NCBI GenBank assembly: GCA_013265495.1
Contig: MU058796.1
Span: forward strand, 496,001 to 560,000
Direction of reading: 5' to 3'
DNA: 64,000 nt
Source of the DNA: Vicugna vicugna
Taxonomy: Eukaryota
Below the pieces are notes generated by a model. It saw nothing but the letters and a program-made list of their open reading frames with translations. It was not told the DNA's origin and did not search any database. The position numbers and the translations under genes were made by a program. Shown here in pieces: positions 28,986 to 43,265 of the stretch; position 1 is the first letter of the stretch, and each line of letters begins with the position of its first letter.

Positions 28986-31900
28986 TTTACTTTTATTTAT
29001 CTCTTCATATTAATTTTTATGGAGGTATATATATTTTTTTCCAATTGGAAACTGGTCTTAAATAAAGGAAAGTTCATAAACATATAACCCATTTATCTTT
29101 GTGAGAAACACAAATGAACCCCAGTAGTAACTAGAAAATAATAAATTGACAGAATTTCAATTTTTTTTCTTTTGTAAGGATGTAACATAATTTTCATTGA
29201 TTATAAGTAGTTTATCTGTTTTTGAATAGTTAATGTTTTTGTTGTCACTACCAAAGGAAATAGGTATTATAGAGGAAAACACATTGTAATTTATATTGTT
29301 TTAAACAAGTACTAGCTGTTCAATTTAGCAGTTTGGTTCAACAACACTTACTGAAGTTATGCTTCATGTATCAGTCTAGGTATTGGAATTATAACTAAGA
29401 CCTCTGCCATCACAGTCCAGCAGGGAAGATATAAAAAATGAATATACATAGTACCATGCACTTCTAAAATTTTATACATAAATAAACATAGTATAAAGTT
29501 CAATGGGAACAGAGGTGAGAGAGCAACAATTTAGAAAACAGAACACTTATGATTTAAGACAATAAACATTATAAATGTTTATTTATAACAACAAATAAAG
29601 TGATATTCACCATTAAGGACTCATTCAGTTCTGTGCAGAAAGCGTAAGCACCATGATCTCTTTTCTCCAGAAGATTCTATGTTAAAAACCTACTACATTA
29701 GTAAAGTGTGCTGATCTGTTTCTTTTTCTGTTACCTTTTTGGATGACTAAGGCTTTAAAAACCCCTTCTCTGATATATCAAAATAGCAAGACTATCAACT
29801 GTGCAGCTGCTCAAATATCTCTCAGAAGCAGAGGAAAGTTCACTTAGAACCATAACTATAATCTTGCAAACTATCAACAACAACAGAAATTAACAGGCTC
29901 AGTTTAAAGACCAGCGCTTCATAATCTAATCTACATTTTTGACAAATACTACAAGTTGTGAGTTATGACTCCAAGACAGTCTTAGAATAACATGTTCTAA
30001 TATTCGTGATATTATCTAACAATATGATTTATAAGGATTTATAATTGCAAATCATCTCTGCCTTTAGAATTTCCTGTGCTCCAGAATTTTAATTTATGTT
30101 GTCACTTGTTTGAATTTTCAGACAGCTTTTTGCCATAGAAATAAGTGTCAGCTTCTGAGGCCCTAAAAAGAAAATTCAATTAAAACAATTGTAATACTAG
30201 TTTATGGTGAATTATTTGGATAAGCAGTACAACGTGAGGAAGTGGAAGAAGGCAATATGTGTAGTAGTTTATTTATGAACTTGGGGAAAGGTTGAAAGTT
30301 TGGCCCATTTACTGTCTTCCTTCTTCATGGATAGTGCACCTCTCCACATACTGCTAGTGATCTCAAAAGACTAACATTAATTCTTAGTGAAAACCTACCA
30401 AGATTGAGGTGTGCCTCAATCCCCTGAAGATTTCTGTGCACTAAATTGTGTCCTTTTCTTCTCTGTCTTCATCCCAATTGTGTTTTCAGTTTTCTCACTA
30501 GAATTGAGAGTTCAGACAAGTCTGAGAATTGTCGATTTCCTAAATCATATCAAGGTGTAACCGACTAACCCTTTTGGAGGATTATTTACCTCTTAGAGGA
30601 CGCATGCTTATATAGGTGACTTTTCATTTCGTTGAATTTGTGAGAGACATTGTGCAGCAGTTGAAGAGAACAGGTCTTGGCACCGAACTGACCTGGACAC
30701 AACCTAGCTCTTCAGCGTGGAAGCTTGTATCTTGTAACACTTTCCTTCTGAATGTCAGGGTTTTTTTGTTTGTTTTCTTTTTGGTTTTGGGGGGGTATTT
30801 GTTTGTTTTTTGCTTTTCTGTGAAAGGGATATGTGGGACAACTCATGTGATGCAAGGTAACTAGAACGGTAGCGATAAAGAGAAGTTCTGTAATTAATGC
30901 TATCCTTTTAAAAACAGGAATGCTACAGATGGCAGCAAGTGTGAGAACTAAAATAAAACATCGAGTGCATTTTTGACATAATAGGCAGCGCGGAGCTGGC
31001 ACGCAGCACGCAGAGGTCTGCTTCCCCACACCTGGTTTTTCTCGACTGTTCTTGGCTTTCTCTGCTTCTACCCTTTGTTCTTTGCTCTGTTACCACTTTG
31101 TGGGACCTCTGGTTGAAAACTGTGGTTTAAGCTTAGAATTCTAGTATTTTATTCCATTTGGGACTCTTTTCTGTGGCACTCATGAACAATGGTCATCTAC
31201 ATGCTGTCTAATACACCACATGTAAGTTCATAAAGCACTTTTAATTGAGCACTTTTTTGTACATTATCGTATTTTAGAGTCACACAGCTAGGAAGAGTAA
31301 ATCGAAGATGTTTCTCTGTTTTGTAGGTGACAGAACCGAATCTTAGAGAGATTTTGCCCTTTTTGGGGGTCTCAGCTTGTGGGCTAGATTCAAGCAGTGC
31401 TGGCTCCTTGGAAGCCCTGTTTGCTGAATCCTTTCACTTATGTCAGTTTTAAATAGCTACAAATTGAAATAAGTTATTGTGCCGTAAGTGTGATGCTGTC
31501 ATGGTACCATAGTTATTTGGGGGGAAAATGCTAAGACAAACGTGGTTTTAACATAATGCTACTAACAGCAATTCATACGTTTACATTAAATGAGGACGTA
31601 AGGCCAGTGTCCTATGTAGCAGAGCTTTGATTTCATTTCATAAATGAAAACTATTTCTTTATTGTTATATTCAATATTTGTAAAACATGTCATTATTTAT
31701 AAATCCATTGATTAAATGTGTCATTTTTCTTAGGATTTACTCAAGAAGAGCCACTTAGTTTCTGACTGTGACTAGATTATACAGTAAATATTTCATTAGG
31801 GTAATTTTAAATTGTCTCAGAAATGTGAATAATCCAGCTAAAAATAATATCAAAAATCTAATAATAAATTAAAGAATTATTTAATAAGTAAATGAATGGA

Positions 31901-32053
31901 TGTCTTGATAAACATGCTTTGTGTAATATCTCTTGGATATGGACATGAATCATATTACTAGAAAATGCTTTATTAAAATAATATACTTCATAAGTGAGTT
32001 AATTTTAATTTTCTTTTTCTTTTCTCTTTTCTTTTTTCTTTTTTTCTTCAAAG

Positions 32054-32267
32054 GTTTCAGCAGAGCAGCTTTACCATTTGGGTTAGTCAGGCGAGAACTA
32101 TCCTGTGAAGGTTACTCTATAGACCTGCGGTGTCCAGGCAGTGATGTCATCATGATCGAGAGTGCTAACTATGGTCGGACGGACGACAAGATTTGTGATG
32201 CTGACCCATTTCAGATGGAGAATACAGACTGCTACCTCCCAGATGCCTTCAAAATTATGACTCAAAG
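32054..32267 (+). CDS. ADGRL2: ADGRL2 coding exon (214 nt, phase 1 to phase 2), first part of the SUEL/RBL lectin domain
   Basis: Long pyrimidine tract ending ttcaaAG (32052-32053); translation (G)[70 protein letters not shown](R); donor AAG|GTAAAT at 32268. Contained in track ORF 31933..32271. Confidence 0.97.
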
Positions 32268-32633
32268 GTAAATACTCATGTGTTAATATCTCATTCTAGC
32301 TACTACATCCAAATTAGTAAAAGTATTGTAATTGTTCCAAACTGGATACAGTCCACATCTCAGCCCGTTTATTAAACTGAGTTAGATTTTTACCTACGAA
32401 TGTTGTTTTCTACTTTGTAATTTTTCAACATTTAAATTTCTATATCATTTTTATATAGATTGACATATCAGAAGGACTATGTAATACATACACATCGTTG
32501 TTTACTGTATCATAAAATACCTTTTATTTCAGGTGTAATCTTGTTTTTTAGGGCTTCAAAAATTTTAAGTATTTTATAATGTCAAGAATGTTTAAATGTC
32601 TTGGTCTCTGGCACTAATTGCTCTTAATTTTTA

Positions 32634-33648
32634 AAAATTGAAACAGTTTATTTTTTATAGCAAAAATAAGCAAAACATACACAAAATTATTATACCCTTA
32701 TCCCCACACCTGTACAGCCTTCCCAACCATTCACATCGTGACATCCCACACCACAGTGGTACCTCTGTTACAGTAGATACATTCACATTGACACGTCATT
32801 ATCACCCAAAGTCCTTTGTTTACACTGGGTTTTGAGAAATTTATAATGACATGTTTCCACTACTGTAGTATCATGTTGAATAGTTTCCCTGCCATAAAAA
32901 TTCTGTGTATTCTTTCTATTCATTCTTCCCTCCATCTAACCCCCAGCAACCACTGATTTTTTAAAAATTTTATCATAGTTTTGCCTCTTCTAGAATGTCA
33001 TATAGTTGGAATCATGTAGAATGCAACCTGTTCATATTGGTTTCTTTCACTTAATAATATACCATTTAAGTTTCCTGCATGTCTTTTCATGGTTTAATAG
33101 CTCATTGCCTTTTAGTGTTAAATTACTAATAATATTCTGTAGTCTGAATGTATCACAGTTTCTTTATCCATTCACCAACTGAGGGACTTCTTGTTTGCTT
33201 CCAAGTTTTGGCAATTATGAATAAAGTTGCTATAAACATCTGTTTAGGTTTTTGTGTGGACATAAGCTTTCCGTTCATTTGGGTAAATACCAAGGAGCAT
33301 GGTTTACTGGATCATACGGTAAGAGTGTGTTTAGTTTTGTAAGAGACTGCCACACTGTCTTCCAAAGTGACTGTTTCATTTTGCATTTCCACCAGCGATG
33401 AATGAGAGTTCCTGTTGCTCCACATCTTCATCAGCATTTGGTATTGTCATTGTTTTAGATTTTGGCCATGCGAATAGGTGTACAGTAGTGTCTCGTTTTA
33501 ATTTGCAGTTCCCTCATGACATATTGTGTTGAACATCTTTTAATATGCCTGCTTGCCATCTGTATATCTTTATTTTTGAGGTGTCTGTTCTAGTCTTTTG
33601 CCCCTTTTTAATTGGGTTGTTTGTTTTCTTACTGTTTAGTTTTAAGAG

Positions 33649-33684
<36 letters not shown>

Positions 33685-33755
33685 CAATCCTTTATTAGAA
33701 ATATTTTTTGCAAATATTTCCTCTCAGTCTGTGACCTGTCTTCTCATTCTTTTGA
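32634..33755 (-). mobile_element. Ancient LINE-1 3' fragment (L1MC-like): 3'UTR plus end of ORF2, antisense to the gene
   Basis: Typical antisense L1M phrases: cattgacacgtcattatcacccaaagtcc, tagaatgtcatatagttggaatcat, ttccaaagtgactg..cattttgcatttccaccagc.atgaatgagagttcctgttgctccacatc. Subfamily assigned from recollection. Confidence 0.85.
33652..33680 (+). repeat. (TG)n microsatellite inside the L1 fragment
   Basis: Read directly from the sequence. Confidence 0.95.
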
Positions 33756-34551
33756 TCCTTAGTTTTAAAAGGACAAAATAAAAACAAGTTTAAGATAGCA
33801 ATATAGTGCTTGTTTTCTTTCAGTAGGTAGAAAGATAGATGGAAAGAAAGAATATAAAAAGATATGTATCAGTGGTTAATCTTGTATTTTAAAAATGATG
33901 TGTTGGAAAGTGTTATAAACTATAAAATAGATGAATGATACCTCTTAACTGGACAATTGCATTCATACATATAAGTAGAATGCAAAAAAACTACTGGCCG
34001 TGGGTATCAACTTTCCTCTGCTTTAACCCAAAGTACCTAATTCTTGATCTCTGTTTTCTTTTCCTAAGTGTTGGTGCTCTTGGCATCTTAATTAGAATCT
34101 TCCTACATATAAGACATTAAAATCGTGGTTAGTTATTATTGATCTAGTACAGTAATATCCAGCAGTCTCAGTCATTTGGAACATAGAAGCTCTCTGAAGA
34201 AACACTTCAGTATCACAGAGTTTATTATACATTATTGCTTTTGTATTTTGTTTTCTAGAAACACCCTTCATCTTTCTATTCAAAGCCCTTACCCTCTCCT
34301 ACCTCTTTTCCTGTACCGAAAACAATATTCTGCTCAGTTTTGTGGCTTACTTACTAGTCTACCTTAAAATAGAATAGCAAATTTTCTGGGCAGGGGTCTG
34401 GTTAGTGTGGGCACAGAAAAAACATCAAAAGGTGACAAGAGGCAATTAAGAAAATGGAAAACCTATTTTTTAAAAACCATGCCATGAGGGTTTGGGTACA
34501 AATTGCTGTAAAATCTCTAATTTCACAAGGAATATATATTGGCATGGTTTT

Positions 34552-34744
34552 TTTTTTAACATTTTTTATTGATTCATAATCATTTTACAGTGTTGTGTCA
34601 AATTCCAGTGTTCAGCACAATTTTTCAGTCATTCATGGACATATACACACTCATTGTCACATTTTTTTCTCTGTGATTTATCATAACATTTTGTGTATAT
34701 TTCCCTGTGCTATACAGTGTAATCTTGTTTATCTATTCTACAAT
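34552..34744 (-). mobile_element. Young 5'-truncated LINE-1 3' end, probably lineage-specific
   Basis: Poly(T) followed by L1 3'UTR-like sequence (...ttccctgtgctatacagt...). Perfect 13-bp TSD TTGGCATGGTTTT at 34539-34551 and 34745-34757. About 85 nt are near-identical to 54369-54452. Confidence 0.85.
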
Positions 34745-37700
34745 TTGGCATGGTTTTATTAATAGCACATTATAGTAAATGGTTTTTTGTTAGAGTTGAT
34801 AGTGATCAAGATGTTTTTAAGAAATGAGAGAACATGTATAATACCTTTGAAAGATTTCCATCCAAATGCTTTTATTTTTTGTTCTTAAAGGGTAGTTATT
34901 AAAAATAAGGGCAAAAATCTCATTTTCATAAGTGGTACTTTGTAAGTGCCTTTATTCTTTTTTAAAAATTTAAAACAGAGATCTTTTATGGAATATGTAG
35001 GATTTGAAATCTGGCTTGTGAAACAAACTACAAAATACAACTTACCTACCTTCTTTGAAAGAATGAATTCTGTGCTCCAGTCAAACTGATACAGGAGAAT
35101 TTACACATAGTATTTCAAAATCTGGGAACTGCTTATACTAGGCAGACAATAAAAGCAACCACTAGTAATTGACCATTTATCCCTTTGTCACATGTTGACA
35201 CCTCTTTTGAATGGTTGTGGTATGAGATGGGTGTCTAGAAGTAGGCAAGAGAGAAATGGGAAGTGAAGAACTTTTTGTATGTAAATATATGTTCTTACTA
35301 GGCTGACAGGAGAAAAAGCAGTGGGAGTTAGTACAAAGAATTGGAAGGACTGGCCCTGTGGAACTGGACACTGTAGGTAGCACATTTGTGGGGCTACACA
35401 TTTAAATACACAGTTGAGTATCTAGCACAATACCTAAGTCATATCATACTTGTACATATAAACATAATTATATACTATAGGAAATGTACAAGATAAGATA
35501 ACAAGTTATTTTCATTGTGTTATTTTATTATGTTAAAAAAGCAGGGCTGCATTTTTGATAATACATTTTCAAGGAACTGGAGTTTTGGGGGTATTTAAAC
35601 TTGGTGATAGCATATGGTTGTTTTCTGTACCCTTGTTATCCAAATCTCTGAACAATCTTAGCTGTGTTAGTGAAAATAAGAGGTTCATTCCAAAACTGGC
35701 TGTGGACACCCCCATTTTTAAATCGTTGTATTATACTAATGGCTTAAAATTATTTAATCAGTGCCATGACAATTTAAACATGAACACTTGGGTTTTGTAG
35801 TGGTTACCTTAAAAGTACTCCATCCTGTGTATGTCAGAACATAAATCTTTAAGGAGGTCTGCCATCTTTGACTGTTACGTAGTTTCAAATAACTGTAAGA
35901 AAAATAGACAGTATTTTTACAGCTGAATTATTACTGAATAATTGCTGAATGTATAGAATACTTGTTTATTTTTAAATTTAAATACATTTCAGTATTTACA
36001 AAGTTATTTTCACCAAATGCTTAATAATTTGGCAAATTTTTCCATTTGTAGTCATCAAAAAATGTGTTCTTTAATAATGTAGAAAAAGGAGATGGTTTTT
36101 TTCTTTAATGTAGGAGATTTGTCTTTGGAAAGATCTAATATAAGCACTAGAAATTTTCTGTTAAATTTTAAACTGCCTGTTTTCTACATATAATGATGGA
36201 GACATGTGCAGAAATTTCAGTATCATTAAAATGTATTTATATTATATTCTAAGGGTTTGTCCATTCCCGTCCCACCCTGTCATCCCTTCAGCAGTTGAGA
36301 GTCATGTAAATAAATTCACTTGTAATTCTTGACTGTGGTGGTGATAAAAGTATGAATACTTGTTATTCATTCTCCATTTTTAATTTCCTGCTCATTTTAA
36401 AGTGTGAAACCAAGGCTGTATTAGTAACTGATTCTACTTATCTTTTAAGAGCACCAAATGGCTCATCCTAAAAAGTGAGAAATGAAACTCTTTCCTGAAA
36501 TATGTATTTTAATGCTATATAAAATAATCACCATTTTAGCACTCTTTGAAGATAATTATAGTGGGGTAACTTTAAAAACATAGTTTTAACACTTTGAATT
36601 CATTAAAGCAAAAAAAGAAACCTTTACTACCATTTTGAAGTATTTGATGAAAAAGTAAATTAGAATTTTGCTTACAATACTGGTTCTTGGTAGCACTGGG
36701 TACAGTCTAGTTAAAGTGATGAGCTAACCTGTACCTGAGATCGTCTTCTGGTGTTGTTTGTAACTGTCCCTTTGTTCATTTCTTCACCCTAAGAACTTGC
36801 CACTTCTTATCAAGGTCATTTGCTGCCTTAGATTATGCTTTATTATTGTCCTTAGGTTTTTCAGCACTCTAGTTAAGAGATCTGAAAGTAATGAAGTATG
36901 TAAATATCTGCTATTAAAAAAATTAAATGTTAGGTTAGTCTGCATAAGTAGGCCCAGTTTTTCAGAGTCTGGACTCATACTATCAGATGTCCATCAGTGT
37001 ACCTCTGTCAGTACAAAAGAGGTTCTAAGAGCAGTATGTGCTGTTCTCAAGAAGATGGTAAGAATGCATGCCTCAGTTTTTCCCTACAGTAGGAAAGGTG
37101 CGTGTGTGTGTGTGTGTTTATTTGTATTGAAATTGTCCAAGGAAAGTAAAATAGTACCTAGACTTAGGGAACTAGCCTGGCTTTTTTCAAAGCTTTTAAC
37201 CAAAGTTTTTAGCCCATTTGTGGATACCAACTGGCTAAAGCCTCCTAGCACAGCTGCAGCTGGTTTCTTATTAAATAATTTCAGTTTATTTCTGGTTGTT
37301 AAACTACCTATATAAGCTCCTTTGTTTATTTGGGAAACAGGGTGGAATATAAATAAATAGTTCAGCAAGCAGCTGTTTACACAGATCTGGCACTTAGAAG
37401 AGTAGTGAGAAAAGAACATGTAGATGATGCAAACATAAACAGAAAGTTGGCGGTGTCAGGGGAGGAGATGATGCTACCCATGGAGGCTGTGCAGTTTGAG
37501 CGTGAACACCTGCGTTTAAGGGGCAGAGGTAAAGTTGCCGTCGGGGAAACCAGAACAAGAACAGGAGGGTGATGTCTCATAAGCCAGCAATAAAGTGTAA
37601 AAAGATGTGTTTTTTTTTTTCTTGTTGATGTTGAAGATTTTTATTCTATTTAGCTCGAATAAAAGAACACATTAGGATTTTTCAGGATAAGAGTTTCAGT

Positions 37701-39154
37701 ACAGAAATCAAGAAAATAGCATTTGGTCTTGCAAAGACCAGAAGAATCAGATACTATGCTAGTCACAGGGAACCAGGCAAAAATAAATACATGATCTAGA
37801 TTTGGGAAGCAGGGGTGCAATTCAGAGATTTTTTTTTTTTTACCTGAGGGGGAAAAAGCTCTAGTTTCTAGAACATGAGAACAATTAAATTACATTAAGC
37901 TAATAAGTAAGAGGCAAAACCTATTTCAGAGCCTAGACCTTTTCTCCCAAGGTTGAGATGATGGAAGTAACCTCAAATAGTAGGAACCAGATTAACCTAT
38001 TCCTGTCCTAAACCCCATCTGGGGAGAAATAAATAACTCAGATGCTACTAACTCATCATCTCTGCGATGTACTAAGGTTATTTTCTGTTGGACGATAGAT
38101 TTCCACTAATTGTTTCAACTCTTGGCTGAGTTGTTCTAAGACAACTAACTGGCATTGTAAATACCTCTCTTTGGCCCAGGATTGGGAGGTTACTAGTACA
38201 GACTCTTGAACCTTAGTACAGTAATAAATAACCATTAAAGCTCTAATTGGTATATCTAATTGGACACACAGTTTGCATGTCACTTACTGATGGGCATTTA
38301 AACCAAAGCACTCATTGTAGGAAGGAAAGGCTACTGGCAGTAATAAACATGAACCATATTAAACATTCACATTTAGTGTGCAAGAAAGACTAATAAATGA
38401 TAAAATGGTTGAGACGATAAGTCATCTAAATATCCCTTATGACCCTGCTTGTCAAATGTAGAAGAGACAATGCCGCATCAAAGATTGTGCCCTACAGGGT
38501 CCTCTGTATCTCTTTTTAAAATGGAAATTAGTAAAGTAATTCTGCTGGATAATGAAGGCTGAGCATACAAGTGTGAGTTGCCAGTTTTTGCTGGTACTTC
38601 CGGTTAATATGTAGCTTTTACCTCTTATATTATGTTGGTCAAGGAAGCTAGAACCATTTTCCCTAAGGACTCTACATTCTTGATCTTCAGTATTTCCTCA
38701 GGATTATTCAGTGAAATTACGAGGCTTAAACAATACCTTAAGAGTTGAATTTTATTTTATTTTTGGACAGATACCGGGCAGCTGAGAGGTAGGGAAGTTA
38801 GTTTTCATAAGTGAAATACCTCATTTCAACTCTGTCGATTTTGGAGCTTTTATCTTTAGAAGTTGTTTTTATTTTTGAGACTACAGTGGAGACGTGAATA
38901 AATAAAGTGAATGTGATTATCCGTTTGATATATATATACATTTTAATATTGTAATAATCTTGTTGTAGCCTTAGTTATTTATTCCAGCTTTCTCTCTTGA
39001 GAGTTGAGTGTTACGACTGACAGGACTGTAGTATTTCCATAGTACATATATTGTCATATACCTTGTAGTTTCTTACTCTCTAAGAATATTCTCCTGCACG
39101 CTGAAGTGTTGGTTTCTATTTACAAAGTAATTTGTTTAAATTGTAATTAATTGT

Positions 39155-39180
39155 AATTAATTTGTTTAAACAAATTAATT
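39155..39180. repeat. Perfect 26-bp palindrome
   Basis: AATTAATTTGTTT|AAACAAATTAATT. Confidence 0.95.
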
Positions 39181-40707
39181 TATTAATTGACAGAAACCAA
39201 ATTTAATTCAGCATTCCATTACTAAAATGTACTGGACAATCAAATGATAAATAACTGAATGAAAGTACATTAAATCCGCTTACATAAGGCTACTTTCAGA
39301 TACCCACTTAAGTAGTTTGTTTTGTACCTGTGAGTTCTTTTTAGTGTCTATCTGCTTTTTCATGTCATGCTACTAGTGTCAGTGTCTAAATACAGCTTAC
39401 AAGCATCCTTTTAAAAAGCGTTATACTTTGAACAAATGAAAATAGATGTTTAATCAGTTTCAAATCAAGACATAGCCACTATTTTTCCTTTTGTGGCTTT
39501 TTCTTGTATCCTCCCTGCCGCCCACCCAAACTCATAGGCAAATGCTGCTGAAATGTAATATAATGCATATTTTCTACCAGTATAGAAAAAGTGAAAAATT
39601 ATGAATCAAGAGTTCACTTAAGTATCTGTAGTTATTTTTCCTATGCAGTACAGCTACATATTGGCATGTTTATTACCAGGAAATAAACTTACAAAGATTC
39701 ATTGAATCTTTGGAATAATTCTACTTTCTGAAAATATGCTATTTATTATTTTATACATTTTGTTATGTCATAAATAATAAACTATAATTTTGAGTAAAGT
39801 GGAGAATTTTCCAGTCTTATTATTCTTTTTACTTTACTGATATTTCTAATTAAGTGGGGAAAAAGAGCTGCCTATATTTTATCTGGTAGAGAACGTATCT
39901 GTACTCATTGGTTTACTCTAAATCCATATTTTATTTTCTTACTAGCAGTTCAGCAGCTTGACTTTGCCACATCAAAAGCAGGATAGCAATTGTGAGTCAG
40001 TATCATTCATAATATACTCGATAGACTAATTTTATTAAATGAAGAAGGAAAAAGATTTGACATCAAATTATTTAAGAACAGCTTAAACTGTCATTTATTA
40101 TGGCCTTATTAATTTTCCCATATATTATATAGTGAGATTGCATACCTAGACCATATTAGCAATAACAAAAAACACCAACATTCATATTCTACTCTGTATA
40201 TTGCTGAAGGAAGATTATTGTGGGTAATTGGACTTGATAGCACTTTGCTAGTATTTATCTGTCTTACAGATTTTTTAAAGACTTATCTGTTTACTAAAGT
40301 ATTTTCTTTAAATATCTTATAGCAACTTATTTATAGTTTCTAGTGCTATTTGCTATTCCACAACTAGTATTAGAGCTAATATCTCTCAGATGTTTTTAGG
40401 GAAAATCTAGTTTTGAAGAAATACAAAGTGAGTGATTCTGTAATCTTAGTATTTATTTCATATAAACCAGTCAAGTATATCATGGAGCTAATATATGTCA
40501 CAGTTCTCCCAATATTTCTTCACATGTCGTATGTACCCAATAAAGACATTGTTTTAAAATACCCCACAACCTTGAAGAGAATGTCTGAAATAAGGTTCAC
40601 TCTATGTAAGTTGTCAGTCTCAAGACAACTTTCCGTTTTTTCAGGCTCCAGAGCTATCATTCTTATTGAATTCACCTGTAATTTGTGAAACTATTACTCT
40701 GTTTCTA

Positions 40708-41886
40708 AAGGTGGATATACTGTGAAGCTAATTAATCTTAAATGTTAGATCCCTTTGCTTGCACAAACCTCATTCAAGGCATTCTTAGGGCCCCTAGCAA
40801 CGTGCTCAGAGGGTCATGTTTCTGTGAACTCTGCTGAAGTATGATACTTACACACATCTTTTAAGGTTTTGATTTCACTCTCTGACTCCTCTGTTACACT
40901 TACCCTCATTTATGGTTGTTAGGAGTAGCCAAGAACATTTTGAGACTCTGTAAAGTGGAGGTTCAGGTGGTGATAAATTCATTTTGGGTTTAGTGGGGTA
41001 TTGTTACCTGGTTTGCAGATGCCTGTGTATAGTTTAGTTATTACTGGCTATTCCGGATGAAGAAATGGCCATTAGAAATGCTCCTGTTACTCATCACATA
41101 AATGTGCAAGGCCAGATGTCATGTTAGAATTTGAATGTGTCCTATGGCACCTGAGATACGTGGCAAGTGGCAGAGAAATAATGTTTGAAATGTATGGCAC
41201 TAGAAGCTAGACTGGAAAATTCTGTCAGTCATTGAATGTATAAAGCGGTTGAGTGGGGGATTTGGTTCTTAGAGATAACTAATCAAAACAGAAACTCTCA
41301 CCTGTACATTCCAACGGATTTCATAACGTACATAGAAAACATACCACATGTAGTACTTACAGCTGTACCTGCACCATGCAGCTCCCCTCTTTTAATGAGT
41401 ATCAGGTAAAATAGAATCTATCAGGACACCCGTGTGGATGCAGCGCTGGCTGTGGGTCTCAACAGCATGAGCACCTGTGACAGTGTAGGTGCCTGCCTCA
41501 CGCATCCAGACCATCAATAACAAAAATTAAATTTTAATCAGCTGTTTTGGAGAAAAAGCAAAATTATAGAAAGTGACACTATGAAGTTGTGAAGAGACAA
41601 TCCTAAGATACACGGTAAAAAAAAATTATTAAGGGAAGTGTTATAAAGGTGTGCCAGGCAATTCATTTATTAAAATGTTATTTCAGTTTTCTGAGTTTTG
41701 TTGTTTGTGATACACTTGTTGGCTTTTAAAAATTTGTATTGTTTGTTAGGGTTTTTTTGTTTTGTTATGCTTTGTTTTCTAAATTAATACTCACTTTGGT
41801 ACCTGATTTTGTATTTGTATTTTTTTCTTAAAGTGGTACCCTTAAATTTTAAAAGCTGTAGACCTCACAAAACTTGAATCCACCTG
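40708..41886 (+). mobile_element. Internally deleted hAT-Tip100 DNA transposon, Zaphod-like
   Basis: Terminal inverted AGGTGGAT (40709-40716) and ATCCACCT (41878-41885). The left end (gtggat..tactgtgaagctaa...gggcccctagcaacgtgctc) and right end (aagct..agacctcacaaaacttgaatccacctg) resemble Zaphod ends as I recall them. Confidence 0.6.
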
Positions 41887-43265
41887 TACCATTTTTATTT
41901 ATCATGTGTTAGTTTCTAGAAATTGACAGTGTTCTACCAGACATTCTTAGATCGATGTGTACATTTAGAATATTTCATTGTATTCTATTTATTTTATTCT
42001 ATTCTATTTCATTTTGTCTCCTTTGTATTACATAGATTTAGGGTTTGTGAGAAGAAAGTGAAAAATTAAAAATTTAAGAAATCAACTTATTAAGGGGCAG
42101 TATTAAATAGATAACGAAACATTTATTTATTCATTCAAGAAAAGATGAGATAGAAAAACCCATTTTCACAGTTTATGTTAAATAAATGTTTGGTTTAAAA
42201 TCTTCCTATTGTAGACTAAGGGAGTTTTTAACTAAATGAGGTTGAAACAAAGTTCTAAACTTTACAAGTAACGGGGTTTATTTTACACCTTCCTCTCACA
42301 CTCCCGTTTCCGCAACCTCTTTGTGGGAAAAAATACTATTTTTAAGTTATGATGATTTCATTGCAATTATGAATGATGAGTAAGTAATGACTTCAGTGGA
42401 TTTCTATAAGATCCGTAATCAAAAAATCTTTTAGTGAATCAAAGCTTTTTTCCTTATTATTTATTACTCTTAGAACTTGCCAAAACAGTACAGCAAGAGG
42501 AGGCAAGAGAATGAATGCTGATTTTCCTAAGACATTTTAAAATTTGGTAATTTGATTCTCATGACCCAGTCCTAAGATGTTCTCATCGTTAAGTCACAGA
42601 ATTCTGTGTATATAATTTAAAAGACTGTTTATAAGTAATTTTTGAAAGCTAACTGTCAGTTATTGTGTGAATGAGATTATACCTTTTTAAAATATATGTA
42701 AACAGGTATGTTGGATCGAGAGCTGATAGATCAGGGCCATTACAAATATATTACCTGGTAAGTTGATTTAGGACCTTCATATGTGCGTTGCCATTTATTT
42801 CAACCCATGACAAGTAGACCTTTATTAAGCTGTGATGATTACTGAATATGAAATGTAACCAAGATTATTTTTTATTCAAATATAATTTAAATATTCATCA
42901 AAGAGAAGTTATACTTGAGACTGACAGAGACTATTAACATCAAAAAATATAATTAACTGCATTGGGTATCGTGAAGCGGAGTTAGCCAAATAGCCGAGAG
43001 GTCTAATTGCTCTAGAGTTTGAGAAGCAATGGTTTTATTTTATGCTGTAGCTGTGGAATTAATAGTCATGCGGTTTCCTATGTGGGCCAATTAAAAGCTG
43101 CCTGTTAAGGTTCATTGCTCTATAGGAAGCCCACTGAATATCGCTTAGTAAACAGGATTGACATGTCAGTGTACGGGAAGATAAAATAAAGTAAAGAGCA
43201 TGACAGTGAGAAGTGGTATTAAAAGAACTGTTTTTGAAAACAATTAATTAAGCTCTTTACAGTGT

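Noticed and set aside
31933..32053. N-terminal part of track ORF 31933..32271 as a hydrophobic signal peptide
   Set aside because: The Phe-rich stretch is the translated polypyrimidine tract; the real exon starts at 32054.
36797..37315. 172-aa ORF, the longest in the track
   Set aside because: Non-ATG start, no recognisable domain, runs through a TG repeat, and has no convincing exon structure; consistent with chance.
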